Of a stretch of DNA of 64,000 nucleotides, positions 24,673 to 36,619 are shown piece by piece. This stretch comes from Camelus ferus (lineage: Eukaryota). The stretch covers positions 9,736,001 to 9,800,000 of the forward strand of contig NC_045697.1 of the NCBI RefSeq assembly GCF_009834535.1, written 5' to 3'. The position numbers and the translations under genes are program-made. The first letter of the stretch is position 1. The number at the start of each line of letters is the position of its first letter. The notes under the pieces were generated by a model, which was given only the letters and a program-made list of their open reading frames with translations, was not told the origin of the DNA and did not search any database.

Positions 24673-25207
24673 CTGAAAACTAAAGGAAGACCTCGTGGAC
24701 CATGTGACATAGGACATTTAGGATAATATATCAAGTTAAATGTCCAGAGAAGGAGTTCAGAGGATCCTTTGTAAAATCTGGTGACTGGCCTTTTCTTCTG
24801 TGCTCTTGGCATCCTAAATTTATCTACCCATCACATTCTCTTGAATTTCATATTTGTGTTTAAAAGTGGTTGTGTATGTATGTAAAAAGGAACCATGTAT
24901 TCTGAGAATTAGTAAAGTGAGAGACATGACGCTACTGAAATAAGGTGAAAAAATAATACAAGTTGATATTTACGGAGTGCTTCCTGTTTGGCAGTCTCAA
25001 TTATATGCGTTTAATATATACTGATGTATTATAATATATAACCTGAAACATATTGCAGTACCAATATCTTTATATCTAGAATATATATCCATCCATAGTC
25101 TGTACTGCAGATACGTAGCTGTATACAGTACATATATACGCACATACCCAGACCACAACGTCTACACATATAAATAGACACAGCTAGATACATAGAAACA
25201 TAGGTGT

Positions 25208-25345
25208 GGGAGGAGGGGAGAGCTCAAGAGATGGAGCACATGCTTAGCAAGCAGAGGTCCTGGGTTCAAGCCCAAGTTCCTCTTCTAAAAACAAATAAAT
25301 AAACCTAATTACCCCAAAGAAAATAATTTTAAACATTAAAAAAAA
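25208..25345 (+). mobile_element. tRNA-derived SINE, camelid Vic-1-like
   Basis: 'ggggagagctcaagagatggagcacatgcttagcaagcagaggtcctgggttcaagccc' (A/B boxes), tail 'aaataaataaacctaattacccc' plus A-rich end; flanking direct repeat 'agaaacata' at 25194-25202 and 25346-25354. Confidence 0.85.
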
Positions 25346-26448
25346 AGAAACATATATACATGTAGATACATATAAATACAACATAGATGCATACACATAT
25401 AGGTACCTGGCATATATCTGTGAGTGTGTGTGTGTAAAAAAACGTGTATCGTATATGTACCGTAATGAATTCTGAATATACATGTGTGTGTATATATGTG
25501 TGCACGTATGTATATACACTACATCTCACATCGTTATCATGTGCTTTATACAGATGGAGGAAATGAAGCACAGAGAGGCTGAGGAACTGTTCACAGCCTC
25601 ACTGTGAACAGCGGCTCCTGCAGACGTGACCCTGGCAGCTAGATGCCACAGCTAGAGCTCTAAGCACAGAGGTCCGCCACCTGTGCTAATTCTCTTGGTT
25701 CACAGACCTGTTTGTCTGCCCTGACACCAGACCATGAGGCCTTAAGGACAGGGACCTGGCCGTGTTCACCATCACACTCCCAGGACCCAGCACTGCCCAG
25801 CACACTTCAGTACGTGTTTATTAAGTTGAATTGGTGACATTCCAGGAAAACTGCTACCAAGAGTAGGACTAGAGTTTAGAATCTGTGAGGTTAGAGAAGG
25901 AGCAACAATCTCTGCCAGAAAAAGAAAATAACCTGGCAATTCAAGAAGCAAAACTGAAGTCCAAGTGTGCAGTGCACTCCTCACTGTCTTTCCGGTGAGC
26001 TTGTGCACTCCTCGCCCAGCCTGCCGGGGAGGCTCTTCCTCCGACCCTCTTCTCATGTGCATCTCGGCCAAAAATTGCTCAAGGACCCAGGAGACAAGAA
26101 CATGCTTTTCTTTTTGTGTTGGGAGTTTGGGGACTGTGTCTGAGATGGAGAGAAATCCCAGGTCTTTAGAAGTTCATCTAAATAAAAATGGGGCCTGTGT
26201 GAGGAAGGTCTTAGAGTTCCCTAATGAGGTGACACGGACACATAAACATGAAATACATAACTAAGATTTATGAGGGGCTTTAGCTGTCACAAAGCACAGC
26301 CACGTACAGCATCCTGGTTAACCTATCCCGACCGGACTCAGCCAGCTCTTACCACTTCTCACCAGGTGAGCGGGCGTGGGTTTTCATTAGGTTGCTGGCT
26401 TTTGCTGTTGTGGCTGCTGTCTTTGTTAATTTTTAAGGAACCAATATT

Positions 26449-28290
26449 TAGACTTTCCGTGAAGATGGTGTATTGAATTCACTTTGTTTCTCTGTTCCAC
26501 ACAAATAGAAATGAAAGGGGAAAACAAATTACACACTTACACACATACACACACACACACAGATACTACCAGGAACAAAGTGGTAAAAGATTACCTTTGT
26601 TAAATGATGAGTAGAACAAAGACACAAATGAGCGAAAGGGGCTGCAACCCTGTGGCCCCTGGGCTCTGAGCCTGGAGTGGGGCTGAAGGTACAGCTTCTG
26701 CAGAGTGACTGAAATAAAACTTAAGCTACCGCCCAAGATGGGGAGCAAGTTTCACTACTCAAAGCCAGTGGACAGATATATAGGGTTTTCCCACTTACAA
26801 AAAAAAAGGCAAGGAAATGTCTGCTGCCCACCCCCACCTGGAGCTATGAATTTTAGCAAGCTTCAGGCTTGAGAGAGCCCAGAGGACATGGGCACCACTT
26901 CTCAAGTAGGACTGGAATCAGGTAGCATGTTGACTTGGAGACTGGATCCACTCCATTCTCATGATTAGTGTGAGGGACAGGATTCCTAAAATACTGGGAG
27001 GAGACCTAGGGATCCAAACATGGGCCTGGGAGCCAGGGGAAAGGACTGTCAAGTCATTAGGTAAGGCGGGACTGATACAGATGGAGAGAGAGAGAGAAAA
27101 TAAATAAGTAAATAATCTCATGTAACTCTAAGCCTAAGCGAGTTCTATTTCCTGGCCAAACCTTAGTGGAATAGAAACCAGGAATCAGAAATGCTAGATA
27201 GCTGTGAAGTTGGAGAGACAACAGACCCAAGACTAGGAGGACTGATTAAAGGTGTACACATGAAAGACGCAGTTAGACTTCTAGGGCACCTGCTGTAGCC
27301 AATGTGACATAATTCCTCTTCCCTCTTCACTCACCCCTTGGCCACAGAAGACCGGAATGTTACCACTGAAGACACTGAACCAGAATATTCTGGACTCAGG
27401 GGCATCGGGCATAGCAGAGGGAAGGGTGAAGAGCTAAAAATGCTGAAAATGAGAGTCTAGCATCCTTCTTTCCCTAAACTCCCAGAAGGCCATCAGGCAG
27501 CCTTATACCCACAGGCAAGAGACTGGATGATTCGGGAACTCCTTAGGAGACTGAAAAGCCCAAGTGAAAAGACCTGGACAATTAGAAATTGCTGGACAAT
27601 TAGAAATTCTGCGAGGAAATGGCTGAAATTTGCTCCATTGCCCCAGAGTGAAGCTCACCACTCAATAAGCCTTAACCTCATGTGCTGGGCTTTCAATAAG
27701 CTTTTAAGTGCCTTACTTTTCAATATAAATGGACAGAAAAGAATCACCAATTTTTTGGAGATCACTTGTAATATAATAAACAGACCAACACAATCTTTTT
27801 TTTAAAGAAACAAACATAAAATTCAGGAAGCAAAAGAAATTAAGGGGAAAAAAAAAAAAAATATATATATATATATATTCCCAGAGAAGTAAAAGATACT
27901 GCATCCATGAAACAGGAACAAACATTATTCAAAAGGAACAGTCACAAAACAAGCAACAACAAGAAAAGACCTCTTCAAAATTAAAAATCAAAATGCATCT
28001 GTTCTCAGGAAGAAAGGGAGACTGGGTAAAGGTAGGCACCTAGGTGATGACAAACACCAGGTACACAGTAACAATCTAGAGGGATTTAGCTGTTCTCTCT
28101 GAGTAATAAGGAAAGGAAAGGCGATGGGAGAGGAACCCACAGGGTGTTCACCTGTATCTGTGATGGTTTATTTCTTTTAAAAAAACACTTTTTGAAGTAA
28201 ATATGTCAAAAATGTTAAGATTTGACAAAGCTTTTTGGATACTGTCATATCATTCCTTTTCATATTCTCTGCTTCATATTCATTTTTAAA
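26449..28290 (+). mobile_element. Old L1 (L1ME-like) 5' region/ORF1 remnants followed by a 3' end fragment
   Basis: Begins 'gacttccgtgaagatggtgtattgaa' (old L1 5' end); A-rich ORF1-like text at 27700-27990; 3'-end-like text at 28130-28290. Confidence 0.5.
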
Positions 28291-29866
28291 ATATTTCACA
28301 TAATAAAAATATCAAGTTCATTTTTAAAAGGCCTACTTTTTCACCACAATTCTTCTATTAAGGAAAAAAAAAACATTCTAAGCACACATACATATATAAA
28401 CAATTAAAAAAATACGTAGAAGACATAAACTTCACTACAAGTTGTTTCCTACTTGGAGCTTTAGTTATTTTAACTTTTACAACAAAATTTCAGAATCATC
28501 AAATAATTAAAGTCTTGACTGCCCCTAATTATTATCCTTGTCATTGCTATGAACCAGCATTAGTTGAACACCTACTGTGTGGCGATAAATGTCAGGCTTT
28601 CTTCCAAACAGCATGTTCTAGGTGTCAGTTCACTTGCGCTGTATTGGCTTGTGGATTCTGGATCATTTCCTAAATCTCTGATTCCCTGTGCAAAGGCCAA
28701 TGCACTTCCCTATTGATTCAAACTGTAGTTGTAGCGAGAAGAATGGAAATAACACTCTTCTCAAATGCATGGGAGTCTGTGAGCACATTGTCTCACTCTC
28801 CTTCCAAAAAAAAACGCCTATTGAGTAATTATAAGTGAGACTGCTGGCTCCAGAGATTTCTGCTTGGCTGAGAACTTCCACTTTTATGACACCAATCACC
28901 ACCACCAATCCATGTACATAAAAATAGATGCCCCCTCTCTTAAATGCTATGGTAAACTGCTTGCAGGTATCTTAGACCACTTTCCCATCACACCTCCTTC
29001 CCTATCCTCCAAATGCCTGTTTACTTATTCATCTGCCCCTAAAGACGGGATCTCTTTAAAGGAAGGTGCACTGTTTTGGTGGTATTTCCAACACATAGCC
29101 CAGGGCATGGTACACAGCAGGTGTTCAATAAATACTTTTTTGAATAAGTGAGCAACTGAATGTCAGCCTTATCTCTCTGCCATTGTCCTACATCCTGGTG
29201 TTGCTGCTTGGAGACAGCAGAGCCAAGAATGGTGGTCCAAAGCTTTCCCTTATTACCCCTAATTCACACAACTGTGAAACGCTGCAGAATGCACACCCGC
29301 CAAAAACGAATTCCTACATGTTCAGTTCACAGTAGGTCATTTGAAATTTGCTGCCACTGAAGTATCAGAATTTAAAGGTTCCAATGACTGGGGAAACAAT
29401 TCCCATTACCGACAGAAGAGTCACAAGGAACAACATTAAACTAGTTTGGCATGTGGACGATTTAGTGTGAATGATGGATTGTCAGAATTTCTATGTCATC
29501 AGAAGAAATAAGCAGAGAAGAACAAAATCTCTGTCCAAATGCTCAGGTACCTCATTCATTTCCTGTTTTTCCAGTAAATTTGCAGTAGACCTAACCCTTA
29601 ATATTTTCACATCTCAGTTCTTATGGGGATATATGAGTCTCCCCAAAGCTTTATGGAGCCAGAGCCTTAAGCATCTGAGGTCACACTGTTCCTGAACCTT
29701 TTCTAGCTCATGCACCACTACTGAAAATTCTGGGTTCTATCCATGTTTTATAAGAAGGTAATGAACTGCACACATTTAAGAAAACTGTTACTCTATTTTA
29801 CCATCTACATTAAGTTTAAGAAATTAAAAATCATGAGTGACATTGTTGATATTATTACTACTGTTC

Positions 29867-30299
29867 ATAGTAGGTTGAATAGTGTCCCCCCAAAATTCAC
29901 ATTCACCTAGAATCTCACAAGGTATTCTTATTTGGAAATAGGGTCTTTGAAAATGTAATTAGTTAAAGATCCCGAGATTAAATCATATGTGATTTAGGGT
30001 GGGCCCTAAATCTAATAACTGGAGTCCTTATGAAAGGAGGAGAGGGTACAGAGAGACACAGGGAAAAGGTCATGAGAAACATGGAGGCAGAGATGAGAGT
30101 TATGCTACCACATCCCAGGAGCCTCCAGAAGCTAGAAGAAGCAAAGAACCATCCTCCTCCCCTAGAGCGGGGCTGCAGGCCTGCTAGTGTCTTGATTGCA
30201 GACCTCTAGCCTCTAGAACTGTGAGAGGATAACTTTCTGTTGTTTCAAGCCACCTGGTTTGTGCTACTTTGTTATGGTGGCCTTAAGGAAACTAAAACA
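29867..30299 (+). mobile_element. MaLR solo LTR (MLT1B/C-like)
   Basis: 'gttgaatagtgtcccccc...cttatttggaaatagggtctttg...gcctctagaactgtgagaggataactttctgttgtttcaagccacc...ggaaactaaaaca'. Confidence 0.9.
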
Positions 30300-31039
30300 T
30301 TATTGGTTTTGAAAGCATTGAACTAATAATTGCATCATTGGTTGAAGATGGTAAAAATGTTACACTACTACAAAGGATAATAAGAAACAATTTTATCACT
30401 GGGAATAAGGAAGCAGGAATTCTTAGGAAGCATTTGGAAAAGTGGATTCCACTTGGCCACAGCCGAGTCCCATGATCTGTGGTAAGTATGGAACACAAAA
30501 AAGCACGGTTAGGCGGGGTCATCAGTACTTCTCTAAAATGACCAGCAAAAGGGGCCAGTTACACACCAGATCAAATGCATTCTCTTAGAAAGAGGTTCTT
30601 TTTTACTGATAGAGAAGTTGGGAGTTGCAGGACTCTATCAATGTCCCAGGCATTTTTATATGAACATATCAGGTATTAAGACATAAAAGTCCTAGGTGCC
30701 ACTAGCACTCCTTGTGGGATCACATGTTCCAGACACTTCTCCAGTGCTGGCTCGTCACCACTGCTGCTGCCTGTTCTGCAGGAGGCACACGCTGGACTGG
30801 AAGCTCCAGGAGCACAGGGACTTTTACCCGTTTGTTTGCTGAACAGTGCCTGGCACATACTAGACAATAAATACTTGGTGAATTAAGTCAAACTGAGACT
30901 TGCCCAAAGACACACAGCAAACAAGCAATGAAACCAGGACCCTAGGATATGAACCCAGGTAATATGGCTTTTGAAATCATACTCTTAACCAGTATACCAT
31001 CCTGCCACTGGCAAGTGGAGATAAATTTCAAAATATTAA

Positions 31040-31770
31040 CTAAACCAGCACTAACCATTTCAGAAAATTTGCAAAATGGATAAAAGGAAATAATTACCCA
31101 GTAATCTACCACTCCGTTGGTCAGCATTAACATTCTGTGAACATTTCCTCTTGGGGCTTTAATCTCTCTGTGTCATATATATATATTTTTTCCCAGAGGT
31201 ATAGTCAGACTCTAAACACATGTTCTGCTTTTAAATTTAGCATTATAGCAAATCATATTTCTATGCCATTATGAACTCTTCATAGACAAAATGTTATATA
31301 TTGCATTGAGAGGTTGTTACCTAATTTACTTCAAGCATTTCCTATTGTTGGACATAGGCTCTTTCCACTGTTTTATGTTTGTTTGTTTGTTTACTACAAA
31401 TAGTTCTCCAATAAAAATCTTGGTTCATAAACTTTTAACAACATTTATGATAATATTTTTAAATGTCTAATATATTTATATGAAATATAAACTGTAAATA
31501 ATATTTACAAAAAATAAAATATCCTTAGGATAGGTTCCAAAACAGAAAAAGAAAAAAAAAGGACTTGTGGGTCAAGTGGTATAAAATTTTTAAAGGCTGT
31601 TATTACTAATACTGGCAAAATGCTTTCCAAAAGGGTCATACCAATTTATACTCCCACTGGCAATGTATGAAAGTGGGAACAGAATACTGTGGATCTTCTG
31701 GACTAAATATACTAGCATATTTACTTACTTCATAAGCAATAAATATCTCATTATTTTAATTTACATTTGC
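31040..31770 (-). mobile_element. L1ME-type 3' fragment
   Basis: 'ttcctattgttggacataggctctttccac...gctttccaaaagggtcataccaatttatactcccactggcaatgtatga'. Confidence 0.65.
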
Positions 31771-31794
31771 TAGAGGCTGAAATAAAAAGATATA

Positions 31795-32320
31795 TATATA
31801 CTTACAATATGACCCACCAATTCATTTCCAAAGAAGTACTCAAGAGAAACAAATGTGTCTTCCATACCATGTTTTGTTCATAATACCCAGATACTGGAAA
31901 CAACTCAATGTCCATCATCAGTAGAATGGATACATCAATTGGAGTATATTCATAAAAGGAAACACCACAGAGAAATTTTAAAAAGAATGATTTACTATGT
32001 GCAACAACATGGATGCCTCTCAGAGACATTATGTTATATAAAAGAAGTCAGGCACAAAGAAAATACTGTGTAAGGGCAGGCAAAACTAGCCAATGATAAT
32101 GGAACTCAGAATAGTGATGGGGAAAGGGAGGGGTGGGCATTAACTGGGAAAGGCCACGAGGCAGGCTTCTGGGTGCCGGAAAGTTTCTAAATTTTGATCT
32201 GCATGGTGAGCAGATGGGCATACACAGTTGTAGAAATTCACTGAGCTTAAAATTAGTTCAATTTGTTACATAAAGGTTATACCTCTATAGAAAGGTGAAA
32301 AATGTAAAAATAAAAATAAA
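31795..32320 (+). mobile_element. L1ME-type 3' end fragment
   Basis: 'ctggaaacaactcaatgtccatcatcagtagaatggata...gcaacaacatggatgcctctcagagacattatgtt...aaagaagtcaggcacaaa' with A-rich end. Confidence 0.8.
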
Positions 32321-32714
32321 TAACAAAGCATGCATTTTGAAGGACTGCGTAAGTGTATGGACCCTCCCGTGAAGGTCCTTTAAGCTAAATGGCTCATTGC
32401 TCCACTTTATGGGAGTGAGAATTGGCTTTTGGATGATATCATGCTTTGCTGTTCAGGGAGTTAGATAATGAACCCACTGAACTATTTACACATATGTTTG
32501 AAGGTTATAGAAAACTGGAATGGTGCCCAAAAGACTCAAAGAGCAAAGGAAGTCATTTTAGCAATTACCATCTGGCAAATCTACCACTTCAATTATTATT
32601 TAAATAACACTTTTAGGGACAAAAAATGATAAGCATAAAAAGGAGAAAAGGGATCATAAAAATCTTCAATAACGGGAACGGCACAACACGGAGCCAGAAC
32701 CACATTCTAATCCA

Positions 32715-33335
32715 GGTTCTACAATACGTGATTTCTAACACCACGTCTCCCTGGTTTTCTTCTACCCTTCCCTGTCAGTCTCCTTTAGTGCCTCCCAATC
32801 CTCTCTCTTCCTTTAAATGCTGGTGTGCCCCTGGGTGTGTCTTCCTAGACAATTGCACATAATTTCATGATTTTAAGTAGCATCTATAAGCCAATGCCTC
32901 CCAAATTTATATCTCCGGACCTGACCTCTCACCTAAACTTATGCAACTGTAAACTTGACAACTCCATTAGGTGTCTAAGAGGCATCTCAAATTTAAGATT
33001 TTGATTTCCCATACACCCTCCCTTCTCTAACACCACTCCTTTCCCAGCTTCTCCACCTCAGGACAAGGTAACTACATTCTGCTTAAAACCCCAAACCCAG
33101 AAAGAGCAAAGGATCTTATAATGTGGGAGGCCCTTTCCCACTTTCTCTTTTATTCACAGCACTGACCACTGCTTTCTGTGTTATATACAGTATCTTTATA
33201 TCGGTCTCTCCAAAAAAGAATGGAAGTCCATGAGGGCAGGGCCTTTGTTTTATGAATTTCTGTGTCACCAGTGCCTAGAACAGGGCTTGGCATGGGATAG
33301 GCACCTTGAATATGTTGGCTCGATGAATTAGTGAT
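32715..33335 (+). mobile_element. L2 fragments
   Basis: 'cctcccaaatttatatctccggacctgacctctc...gtgtctaagaggcatctcaaattt' and 3' end 'agaatggaagtccatgagggcaggg...ccagtgcctagaacagggcttggca'. Confidence 0.8.
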
Positions 33336-33839
33336 ATATTGAACATCATAGATTCTTGACTGAAAAAAATCACTGATAATAACATAAAGGACCATCTTTC
33401 ATAGGGCTGTCATTTACTCATCAGCTTGTGGTTTACATAGGATACATAATAGAAAATGTCTTTTTTTTGTTTGTTTGGCAACAAAATGGCAGATGCTCTG
33501 CTGGTCTCTGCAGGGCTATGGCCTCACAACAGCTCTGACATTGGCATTTGTGGATGGAATTCAGAAAGTCTGGGTTTAAGTCCTGACTCTGTCCCCTATT
33601 AACTGGGAGCCCTTACGTTATACGTACATCTCTCTGAATCTAGGTAGTCTCATCCATAAACTGAAGATTATTAAACCTGCCTCACAAGGTTATAATGCAA
33701 ATAACTTTAGATGATACAGAATTTAGGAGCGTGCCAAGCAAATACAAGGTCTTTAAAAAAAAAAAGACCAAAAAGCAGGTATCTGCATTTATGTAAATTA
33801 CGCTATTGATCATTACACTTTCTTGACAGGCCAAGTATT

Positions 33840-34480
33840 ATTTTTAAATAATATTTATTGTCTTTTTCTCCTCATCATAAATACATACTTACTATAGAAA
33901 CTGTGGACTGTCCATAAAAATAACTCTTAAATGAAACTGACCTAGAATTCTGCATTCTAGAGGTAACCACTGCTAACATTTTGGTTGTGTGAAGTCTCTT
34001 TAATGTACATTATCTTCATTGTATGGTATTTTACTCTGTCCTTCACAATGTTAACAATGTCACACAAATTCATAAAGCACATGACTTATAAAAACTATAT
34101 TTCTTTCTTCTATGCTCGTATGGATGGTCTATTGGACTGATTGACATGTGTACAATTACAATAATATTGTTAATAATTTTTTGTGATTATTTTTATGGAT
34201 GAAATTTCCAGATGAAATGACTGGATAAAAGAGGATAAAAACCACTGAAGCTTTTGATGCATTTTGCCAAATTCTCTTAAAAAAAATTGTGCTAATTTAC
34301 ACTAAAACCAGCAGTATATGATTGCCTGTTTCCTCACTTCCTCATGAGATATTGACTTGTACTGTGGAAAAAAAAACCCACAAACACCATTGTGGTAAAT
34401 AAACAAACAAAAAATCTTACCAATATTTTATTTTATAATATTTGTTGTATTTTAATATCAATTTTTAATAATGGCATGAT
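33840..34480 (-). mobile_element. L1ME-type 3' fragment
   Basis: 'agaggtaaccactgctaacattttgg...ttttgccaaattctctt...aatttacactaaaaccagcagtatatga'. Confidence 0.6.
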
Positions 34481-34697
34481 TATATTTGTAAAAATATGTA
34501 CTATTATACATTTGTTTTCAAATGAAAATGTAAAGTTTCACCTTCTAATAATGGTGATTGTCAATTCTTTCTGAGAACAATTCCAGACATCTCTCTCTGT
34601 ATGGATAAAAAGATATAAGGACTAGTAGGTAGTTGGAAAGAAGGAAGGAAGGGGAGGAGAGGAGAAAGAAGGGTGAAATGAGGTTTTATTAGAAATA

Positions 34698-34752
34698 CAG
34701 GCAATTTTCTTTATTTGTGGATTCTGTGTTTGTGAATTTGCCTACATGCTGT
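34698..34752 (+). mobile_element. Tigger-family (MER82-like) terminal fragment
   Basis: 'ta|caggcaattttctttatttgtggattctgtgtttgtgaatttgcctacatgct' resembles the MER82 end after a TA site. Confidence 0.5.
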
Positions 34753-35035
34753 ATCATGGTGATCATTTCACAATACACACTAATATTTAATCATTAAACA
34801 TGCCTCTGCGATGTACCCGCGCATGCATGCACACAGAGTATCAAACCACATCACACGTGACTAGAAAACCTCCCCCAGGCCTGCCTGCAAGGGTACAAAC
34901 TCGGACAGGCCTGAGCAGCAATGGCTACCATTGTCAGGGAAAGCCACCCATCCAGGGAACATGATTTCCAAGTCCAGGGGCCACACTGCACGGCGCATAC
35001 GGATGGTCTGAGGCTGACCCCAAACAACTGCCTTG

Positions 35036-35213
35036 CTGTATTTCACTGATTCTAAGGCACACATTATTTTCACATCTCTGAAAATGAAGCATGCCTTATA
35101 ATTGATGTCATGTCAGAGTTTAATTGGCAGAGGTTGTCATTTGTTTCTCAGTGATACATAAAAAAGACGGTGCATCTTATCGTTGACGGCGCCTCTAATT
35201 TAACAGAACACAG
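35036..35213 (+). mobile_element. MER104-like Tc2/mariner MITE
   Basis: 'ctgtatttcactgattctaaggcacac...catctctgaaaatg...gtgatacataaaaaagacggtgcatcttatcgttgacggcg'. Confidence 0.75.
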
Positions 35214-35389
35214 TGGCGTAGACCTGGAAAGGCAGCCCATCAAGGGTGCTGGGGGAACTGTGGGTGATTGGCAGGGAGAGAAGGAGGTTTGGGTAATTGG
35301 GGCAGAAAATGGCAAAGGTGAGTGAGTAGGAGGATGCAGTCATGGACGGGGAATATTTTAGTTGAAAGATTGTGCAAAGGTCACTTGTC

Positions 35390-35690
35390 CATGATCATCA
35401 TCTTCAAATATTTGAAGGGCTGCCATGTGGAAGGAGCGAACACATTGGTTTTGTGCAGCTCCTGGGGGCAAAATGAGGACCAACAAGCGCAGTAAATGAT
35501 GCTGAGCTTGGCTCAAAAAAACAGCAAGGATTTAAAAGTTCTTATTTTTTAAACAAATTGGATGAACTTCCATGTGAGAAAGTGAATTTTATTGGTAGGA
35601 GTCAGGAAGAGTCATGCTGCTTTAGAAGGCATCCCTGCCTTGAATTTGAGATTTGATATAGCAACTTCTCTTCCAGTTTTAAGGTATTAA
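35390..35690 (+). mobile_element. L3/CR1 LINE 3' fragment
   Basis: 'atcttcaaatatttgaagggctgccatgtggaagg...ttgtgcagctcctgggggcaaaatgaggaccaa' is typical L3. Confidence 0.7.
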
Positions 35691-36619
35691 AACTCTAAAA
35701 ATTTATACATATTTAGCTTTTACTAGAAAATTATTTTATATAAATAATCAAAAGGAATATCACAGATATGTGTAGAAATATCTTAATTGTAGAGTAAAGA
35801 AAGATGTAACCAATACATCCATTCATCGGGATATGGTTCAGTAAGTACAATGCATGAAACAGACAGCTGTTTAAGATAACCATTATGAAAACCACGTGCC
35901 AGCAAGGAAAACCGTGCGTGATCAAGTCCTAAGTGAGTGAATAATTCACAACACAACATTACATCCTCACTGATTGTAAAAACCTCATGTCTGCATTTGG
36001 ACAAGGACTACCTAGGAAAAGGAAAAGAGGTGATTCTTTGAGGAACAGAATTCTAGGTAAGTTAGTCTTTTTCCTTTTTAATTTTTGATTTATGTTATTG
36101 TTGTGGTGAGCTACTTAAGCAATCCCTGTTGTGGGAAAGTTAGTTCCTGCTACTACTTTGAGAAACTCAAGCTGGGGCCTCTCCAAAATGAAAAAAAAAT
36201 ATGCACTGTAAGCTCCTTCCCAAAGCACTTACACTTATAAAGGATAATCTTAAGTTCTTTGGACCTAATTTCTCAATAAAAAGACCTGCTAGGTATTTCC
36301 TTTAGACTGGAGATCCCATAAAGTAACTACTGAGACAATAAGGGCAAAGTGAACCAACAGACTTTTGGAAACCTCTCACCTAGTCCCTGCACTCAGAGTG
36401 TAAAATGCAAAACTGGACCATTAAAAATCAATGAAGCTACAGGAATAAGTCATATAATCTACGTAAGCACAGGGAGGAGAGGAAGAGTTGGGGTGGGAGA
36501 AGAGGGGAAGACAAGTAATGTAGGCTGTATGGGAGGCATTGAGAACGAATATACAGGAAGAATAATTACTAAGGTTGTTTATTTTATTTTATCTAAATAA
36601 TAAATGCTCTGATTTTTTA

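Noticed and set aside
24570..24812. 80-aa ORF ending 'LLRGHANLLCIVPILVYVLPK'
   Set aside because: Antisense translation of the U6 pseudogene
25215..25285. tRNA gene
   Set aside because: A/B boxes belong to a tRNA-derived SINE head with an A-rich tail and TSD; no intact cloverleaf is evident
27574..27608. Direct repeat 'ctggacaattagaaatt' x2 (possible array)
   Set aside because: Single tandem slippage duplication in old L1; no spacers, and CRISPR does not apply to mammalian DNA
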